IMG/VR virus record: IMGVR_UViG_3300030108_000061
Length of the DNA stretch: 20,000 nt
Strand: one strand, 5' to 3'
Source of the DNA: an uncultured virus (IMG/VR IMGVR_UViG_3300030108_000061)
Lineage: Duplodnaviria > Heunggongvirae > Uroviricota > Caudoviricetes
The notes under the pieces were generated by a model. The model saw nothing but the letters and a program-made list of their open reading frames with translations, did no database searches and was not told the origin of the DNA. Below are positions 8,501 through 14,200 of this stretch, in pieces. Every line of letters starts with the position of its first letter. Position 1 is the first letter of the stretch. The translations under genes were made by a program, and so were the position numbers.

Positions 8501-9273
8501 TTCTCACCATATACATCTGCAACCCTTTGTGGATTGTAAATATCTGATCTAGTGTCTAACAGTGGATCAAAGCCACCCTGTTTATAAAAATTAAAATTTT
8601 CTTCTGATAAATTATTCTTATAATATAAGTCTATAGCATTTTGAGCTTGTTGAGAAGTTAGTCCTCTATATTTAGGGTTTTCTCTTAGTGTGCTATTCGC
8701 CATTAAAGCATCTTGTGCAGTATATATATCTATGACCCCACGATCAAGATGCATTTGAAATCTACGAGCGCCCCTATTAGTGGGCTGTGTTGTAGTTCTT
8801 GTAGTTGTTTCAGGTTCTTCTGTAGAAGTTTCATTAGCAAATTCTACATTAGACATATCAATAGGATCTGATACGGTACTAGGTGTTCTGTGAGCAAACC
8901 TTTTATCTAAAAAAGTATTAATTTCTTCATCATTATAACCTAGAGCCTTAGAAAGATCAATAAATTTTATTTCTTCATCACTTAAAGCATATTTAGTCCC
9001 ATCTCTAGATACTTGATACGCTGAATATGGATCATCTATAGTATCTTCTACAGGATCATCAGTTGGTGCTGGTTCATCATCCTCAATATTATCTGTGGGT
9101 TGTGGAGTTGTAGTGTTGGGTTGATTAGAAACAGGAGCAGTTGCACTACCGTATGCATGATAGTTTGCACTAGCTAAATTATTAAAAGTGCTAACACTAC
9201 CATCATCCATGAAAACACGATAAATTCTATTGCCTTCACCATCACGAGCCATTGTTTTTATTACTTGTGGCAT
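5518..9273 (-). CDS. Putative internal virion / ejection protein with a Gln/Ala/Asn-rich C-terminal region (1251 aa)
   Basis: The N-terminal half is Pro/Thr/Asp/Gln-rich and likely disordered. The C-terminal third is helical with recurring (A/Q)NLSN(K/R)QQ and AQFNA units and ends in a Gly-rich hydrophobic tail. No Cys. TAATG coupling with the upstream gene. Confidence 0.65.
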   Translation of the reverse strand: MPQVIKTMARDGEGNRIYRVFMDDGSVSTFNNLASANYHAYGSATAPVSNQPNTTTPQPTDNIEDDEPAPTDDPVEDTIDDPYSAYQVSRDGTKYALSDEEIKFIDLSKALGYNDEEINTFLDKRFAHRTPSTVSDPIDMSNVEFANETSTEEPETTTRTTTQPTNRGARRFQMHLDRGVIDIYTAQDALMANSTLRENPKYRGLTSQQAQNAIDLYYKNNLSEENFNFYKQGGFDPLLDTRSDIYNPQRVADVYGENILQANDPEGYDAIFNPDPDPVDDTDVTDPIDDTGATDPIVTDPVVTPTPVVDSPVIVDGTGQPVNIPFQPTSGTYQAPVVQPQFVQPVGDNVGQVDPVTGTYTVTPTFGTTVSQYQPADAQISTGVVGQSLQANQAYNPTIGLNYRPASAFTPITYNQPQQTGYMPRFTYQQGGAVPNMQQQNMPMTQQNMFGGFKPQAMQRIAGSLGYQGDMNGFNNYLNNNPDKKQMMDMYTQKAIQMANGGMAKKNVIYAQSGTVGTNTTTTEEMEEQSAVDEAFSESLGGTGANTIQLGSSLYQQEPPAGDTGTGQTDPDVYTPSDPRVLGQQFIPQQDFVSEGTASQLQDVLATQAIAPGMPVGATFVPVGVAQEAGQFVDPTSGQVVGASALGTTLASTTQAAQPAATAATLMAPATSARSVKAVLEGGEVVDAQGLLSAVTASTEFEEGQTPTYDAERNRYIQGGREFTPEQFAERFNLDPSNYITGEAGIEAQTGFVSDAAQSTAATQATTGIATRMAEEDGLAAAKIEEDFDQVVKLAELTEETERTLINDIETGQSELVSGLGTVDATKVAKYTNAVAAAQASENSKRTVRGQLETLMQDFEGGETPPWAAGAMRLATQQMAARGLGTSSIAGQAIVQAAMEAALPIAQADAATQAAFDAQNLSNKQQMAMLSAEQRAKFMGLEFDQGFQAKVINASKISDIANVNFTAEQQIALENSRLANSESLAELNNSQALVMAEAAALSQLDVANLSNRQQTVVQNAQNFLQMDMANLSNRQQMELFKGQQRTQSLFSDQAAQNAAAQFNASSQNQVDQFFASLANSTAQFNATQSNAQSQFNAGQVNVIERFNTEVNNQREQFNATNRLVIDQANAQWRREIATSDTAAVNRANEINSEALLDMSRDAYNDLWQFYSDNMEQAWTAAESEKDRMTRLAIQNIASNTQYDLAEMKQDYSTSVGFGSLIGKILTSDLTGTLGGSILGPVFDIFSTDAPE
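8340..8460 (-). repeat. Imperfect coding micro-repeats (T-D-P / D-P)
   Basis: Repeated aggatctg(tt) on the plus strand encodes NPDPDPVDDTDVTDPIDDTGATDPIVTDPVVTPTP. Confidence 0.7.
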
Positions 9274-9734
9274 TATCTAGTCCCTATCCATACAAAACCG
9301 AACAAAAGGCCAACGGAAATAATAAAGAGTAAAATACCTGTAGCCCATTCAATGATTGTTTGTCTGATTTCCATTTGTCTGTATTCATGTTCTCTCTTTT
9401 GCTTTCTAAGCTTTGCTTCTATTTCTAATATCTCTTGCCATTTAGATGGTCCATACACCACAGATATAAAGTCTTTTAGCTCCTGTCTCATAGATGCAGC
9501 TTTTTGTTTTGCTGCAAAGATCTCCATTGCTTGTGCCTCTACACCACCACCTAGAGCCTTGTACCATGGGGGTTTCTGGTTTTGTTTATCTGCAAAATCT
9601 AGATCAGCTATCGCACCAGCCCACTTAGCCATAGTGCCACCCATGTCTTGCAGGTCTTTGCCAACCTGTATGCCTTTCTTCAGTGTGTTAAAGGCAGCAG
9701 TGGCACCTGCAATAGCCGTTATGGGATCTATCAT
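9273..9734 (-). CDS. Hypothetical membrane protein (153 aa) with a C-terminal transmembrane helix
   Basis: Starts MIDPITAIAGATAAF, has a central coiled-coil-like part and a hydrophobic C-terminus (WATGILLFIISVGLLFGFVWIG). ATGA and TAATG overlaps with neighbours. Confidence 0.75.
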   Translation of the reverse strand: MIDPITAIAGATAAFNTLKKGIQVGKDLQDMGGTMAKWAGAIADLDFADKQNQKPPWYKALGGGVEAQAMEIFAAKQKAASMRQELKDFISVVYGPSKWQEILEIEAKLRKQKREHEYRQMEIRQTIIEWATGILLFIISVGLLFGFVWIGTR

Positions 9735-9967
9735 CTTCTCTCTATAATTCTATCTAGTTTTGCGTCTAGAGCCTCCAGTCTGTCTATTATTCTATTTATA
9801 TCACTGTTAGCTTCTGCTTTAGTCATATAGTCACGAGCCATTTCTTCTCGTGTTTTATTTAGTAGGACTTGCATACGTTGTGTTTCTGTGTGTTGACTAC
9901 GGATAACCCAGCCTACTATACCAAGTAGGCCAGTTAGTCCTGCACTCCATAGCAACTCCATCTCCAT
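9731..9967 (-). CDS. Small membrane protein (78 aa), possible holin-like
   Basis: One N-terminal hydrophobic helix (LLWSAGLTGLLGIVGWVI) followed by a heptad coiled coil (IIDRLEALDAKLDRII). A lysis role is inference only. Confidence 0.6.
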   Translation of the reverse strand: MEMELLWSAGLTGLLGIVGWVIRSQHTETQRMQVLLNKTREEMARDYMTKAEANSDINRIIDRLEALDAKLDRIIERR

Positions 9968-9972
9968 AAGAG

Positions 9973-10245
9973 TTAACTTGTAAAGTTATCAGCAGCAGTT
10001 ATGGCTGCATCAATAGCTGTAAAGTCTTTATCTCCCCAATCAGAGTATGTATCTTTCTGATGTTTAAGGTAGCCTACACTACGAGTCACACGTTCTTTCT
10101 TTTCATCGTGTGTCATGTCGTATGCAAAGTCTGCTGGTGTAGCATCATTGCCTTTGTTGTGCGTTGCAATTACAGTGTTAACAACATTTGCACCATCAAG
10201 ACAAGCCTTGTATGCTTGTTCCATTACTGCTGTTTCTCTAGTCAT
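9973..10245 (-). CDS. Hypothetical protein (90 aa), possible tail-fibre accessory protein
   Basis: GGAG lies upstream inside the oxygenase 3' end, with an 8-nt overlap. Small helical-looking protein ending W..KDFTAIDAAI. Role inferred from position. Confidence 0.6.
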   Translation of the reverse strand: MTRETAVMEQAYKACLDGANVVNTVIATHNKGNDATPADFAYDMTHDEKKERVTRSVGYLKHQKDTYSDWGDKDFTAIDAAITAADNFTS

Positions 10246-10882
10246 TTTTCATTTCTCCTATATTAATATTACCAGATATTGATATTCTTTCACCGTCATC
10301 ATTGTAAAACGGAAAGACCTGATGAAGTAAGCACGAAGGAAACATAACCATATACCCCTCAGCTTCTTTCTCCATATTGTATGCAAAGGTTGACACTCTG
10401 CCTAACGTATTTGTGTAGCTAAATGCAAAGTTGCTAATGTGATTGTCTGCATTTGACTCTGCACAAATAGGTAGCTTACGTTGTTCTTCGTATGACGTAG
10501 GTATCTGCATCCATATTACAAAGCTGTACACACCTGCGTGATCGTGTGGTGGGTTAAACTCGTTTTGCTTTTGAAAGTTTACCCACAGGCTTTCTAAGTT
10601 AAATGTCTCACCTTCCTTCATGGTCAGTCGATAAGGTGGCCCATACTCTTGCATGTGTCTCTTTATACAGGCTGGTAGCACCTCACCTACAAAGTCAGTC
10701 ATTAAGTCAGAGTTATTATCTAACCTAATAGAAGAACTGATATTACCTGCTAGTTCAGGCTTCATATCTTCTGGCTTTTCTCTTGCTTCGTTTATTAATG
10801 TCCACAAGTCATCAACTATTTCTTCTGATAGTTTTCCTTCTACTACCCCAATGTTAGGGAAGTTTCTTGCTAGTAGTTCCAT
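10238..10882 (-). CDS. Putative 2OG-Fe(II) oxygenase superfamily protein (TIGR02466 / 2OG-FeII_Oxy_5-like, 214 aa)
   Basis: Double-stranded beta-helix motifs: WVNFQKQNEFNPPHDH (H-x-H), EGYMVMFPSCLLHQV (distal His) and ERISISGN (R-x-S, 2-oxoglutarate binding). Confidence 0.85.
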   Translation of the reverse strand: MELLARNFPNIGVVEGKLSEEIVDDLWTLINEAREKPEDMKPELAGNISSSIRLDNNSDLMTDFVGEVLPACIKRHMQEYGPPYRLTMKEGETFNLESLWVNFQKQNEFNPPHDHAGVYSFVIWMQIPTSYEEQRKLPICAESNADNHISNFAFSYTNTLGRVSTFAYNMEKEAEGYMVMFPSCLLHQVFPFYNDDGERISISGNINIGEMKND

Positions 10883-10885
10883 TGT

Positions 10886-11269
10886 TTATCCTTCTAGTGT
10901 TGCTATACGTGCTTCTAAGGCATCGTTCTTTGCTGATAGTTCTTGGATTGCTTTGACTAGGATTGGCACTAGTTCACCTGGGGCTAATCTCTGTCTTTTA
11001 TCTGCTCCCTCTTGTTCAGTCCACATACGAAAACCATCTTTTATTTCAGAGTGATTATCTATTACGGTTTTAACCTCTTGAGCAATAAAACCGTGCATTG
11101 TTTTATCACCACAATTCATAACTCTTGTATCAGAGTTTTCTTTATAGGACTTTGAATTTACAGGTACATCTTTTTCTTTTTTCCATTGAAAAGTTACAGG
11201 GCGTAAATCATTTACAAATAAAAGTCCTGCAGTAGACGTTTGTATATTTTCTTTATATCTTTCATCTGA
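10886..11269 (-). other. Peptidase S74 / intramolecular chaperone autoprocessing domain
   Basis: S-D-E-R-Y-K gives the Ser/Lys dyad at i and i+5, as in the endosialidase endoNF chaperone. GFIAQE motif and C-terminal coiled coil (ILVKAIQELSAKNDALEARIATLEG) are present. Confidence 0.9.
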
Positions 11270-14200
11270 AGGAGCAGTTATTGAAGTAGCACCAAAATCA
11301 ATATTACTATCTGTTGTAGATTTTCCAAAAGTTACACTTGTATTACTTGCCCCTGTACACTCAAAACCCATTGCAATTTGTGCATCAGCATCAGCAGCCC
11401 CTGTTTGACATTTAGTGCCAATTAAAACATTATTGTTTCCTGTAGTGAGAGGAGTTTCACCAGACATATCAGCATTTGCGGCCCCTGCCAAACCTCCAAT
11501 AATTACGTTATTTTGACCTGTTGAGACTGCTTTACCTGCTTCAAAACCTACTGCAGTGTTTAAATTATCCACATCACTATTTTGTACTTCTAATGCAGAA
11601 CTACCTATAGCTACGTTTTTTCTACCTGTATCTTCTCCAGTTAAAGCAGACCTGCCCACAGCAACGTTATCAAAACCTGTGGTAATAGCATCCCCTGTAT
11701 TAGCACCCACAAGTGTATTGAGTGTGCCAGTTGTTACTGATAGTCCTGCAAAATATCCAACGGCTGTATTATTACTGTCTGTAGCTGTAGTGAAGTTTTG
11801 TGCATTTAATGCGGCAGTACCAATAGCTACTGATTTACTACCTAAAGTATCTTGACCCAAAGCATCCTTACCTATTGCAACATTAAAGTCTGCATCAGTA
11901 AGTGCATCACCTGCTTCTGTACCTATAAGGGTATTTGACAAACCTGTTGTAACATTTGCACCTGCGTAATATCCAACATAAACATTGTTAGTATCTGTAG
12001 CTGTATCAAAATTTTGATTGTACCCTGCAAATCTACCTATAGCTGTTGTACGACTTCCAAGAGTATCCGTTGTAAGTGCTTGATACCCTACTGCTACATT
12101 AAAATCTGCATCAGTAAGTGCGTCACCTGTTAATCCACCTATAAGGGTGTTTTGTGTGCCTGTTGAAACTGAATAACCTGCATTATAACCAATAGCTACA
12201 TTGTAGTTATTTGTTTCTGTGGTAAAGTTTTGACTAAATAAAGCACCTTCACCAATGGCTATTGCTCTTTCACCTCTAGTATCTGCTGATAAAGCTACAT
12301 AACCTATTGCTGTATTTGAGTCTGCTGCTGTAAGTGCATCGCCAGCTAGTGAACCAATAAGAGTGTTGAGTGTTCCTGTTGTTACTGATAGTCCTGCATG
12401 ATTACCAACAGCCACGTTATGACTATCTGTAGCTGTAGTGAAGTTTTGAGATTCTAAAGCAAAAGCACCTACAGCAACACTTCTTGAACCTAGTGTATCA
12501 CTAGTTAATGTACCCATTCCTATTGCTACATTGTAGTCTGCATCCGTTAATGCGTCCCCCGATAAACCACCGACAAGGGTGTTTTGTACACCTGTTGTAA
12601 TATCATTACCTGCCTCATGGCCAACAGCCACGTTATGACCATCTGTAGCTGTAGCATAATTTTGATTTTGTAACGTGCCTCGTCCAACAGCAATACTTTT
12701 TGATCCTAAAGTATTTTCAAACAATGATGCTTGCCCTACAGCAGTATTGTTAGTTCCTTCTGTAGTTGACTCTAAAGCTAATGCACCGACAGCAGTATTG
12801 TTAGCACCAGTAGTATTTGCCTCACCTGCCTCTGCACCAATGAAAGTGTTATTAGTTCCTGTAGTATTTGATAGTCCTGCTGCATATCCCACTGCTGTAT
12901 TAAAACTATCTGTGGCCGTAGTAAATCTTTGATTTTGTAATGCCCCATAACCGACAGCTACAGACTCAGAACCGTGCTGATCTTCAAATAATGCTAAATA
13001 GCCAACTGCTACATTGTAATTACCTGATAATAAATCAATACCATTATTTGCACCAATTAAAGTATTCTGAACACCTGTTGAGACTCTATTACCTGCCGCA
13101 AAACCAACTGCTGTATTATAACTATTTGTTGCTGTGGTAAAATTTTGTTCATTGAGAGCGCCAGCCCCTATTGCTGTAGACCTTGAACCTAACGTATCTG
13201 AGCCTAACGCTGCATTGCCAACAGCCACATTACTATCTGCATCAGTAAGAGCATCTCCTGCTAATCCACCTATGAGGGTATTTTCTACGCCTGTTGTAAG
13301 TGCCTTACCTGCTTGTGTTCCCACAGCAGTATTAAAACGACTTAATTCATTAGTGTCGTTATAGGCTTGCATTGCCTCATAACCAACAGCTACATTTGCA
13401 CCAGATGCTGTATTTGCACCCATAGCATCGTAACCAATTGCTATATTATTAAAGCCAATTGTAAAAGCATCACCTGCTATTGCACCTACAATAGTATTTC
13501 TTGTGCCTGTTGTGACTGCTGCACCTGCTTCATGTCCAACAGCCACGTTAAAACTATCTGTAGCTGTAGTGAAGTTTTGAACACTAAGTGCATTATGGCC
13601 TATTGCAACAGATCTTTGACCTTTTGTATCTGTAGTTAATGCCTGAAAACCTACTGCTACATTTCTTATGCCTGTAGTAAGTACAGTCCCTGCTAAACTA
13701 CCAATTAAAGTATTTCTCACACCTGTTGTAACGTCACCACCTGCATCAAAACCTACAGCTACATTGTGAGTATCTGTGTCTGTTGCAGGGTTCATAGTAA
13801 GTAATGCACCAGAGCCTACAGCAGTATTTTTAGCTCCATTTACATTTGTTTTAAGTGTTTGAGCACCAAGAGCAGTATTACTATTTCTATCCGTAGCAGC
13901 AGCAAGTGCTTCAAAACCTAAAGCTGTATTGAAATCACCTGTAGTAATAGCAGTGCCAGCCTCATCACCTACAACAACATTATAGTTACCGCCAGACGCA
14001 ATACTGTTACCTGCGTTTACACCAAACCTAACGTTAGATGTACCAGAGGTATTTGTTGATAGTGAACCATCTGTGGCAATACGAAGACGTTCTGTGCCAG
14101 CCGTTGCAAACGTCAATGTACCATTAGAAGATTCTTGTGCATCTAGTATTACACCAGCATCATTACCTGTTTTTTGAAATGTGCTAATCTTTAAACCAGA

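Noticed and set aside
11730..13580. CRISPR-like regularly spaced repeats
   Set aside because: The period is 216 nt, copies are degenerate at codon third positions, the intervening sequence is itself repetitive, and all of it lies inside an ORF. No cas genes.
10886..14035. Diversity-generating retroelement target or invertible tail-fibre cassette
   Set aside because: No reverse transcriptase or invertase, no non-coding template repeat and no flanking inverted repeats in the window. The repeats are in-frame coding units.
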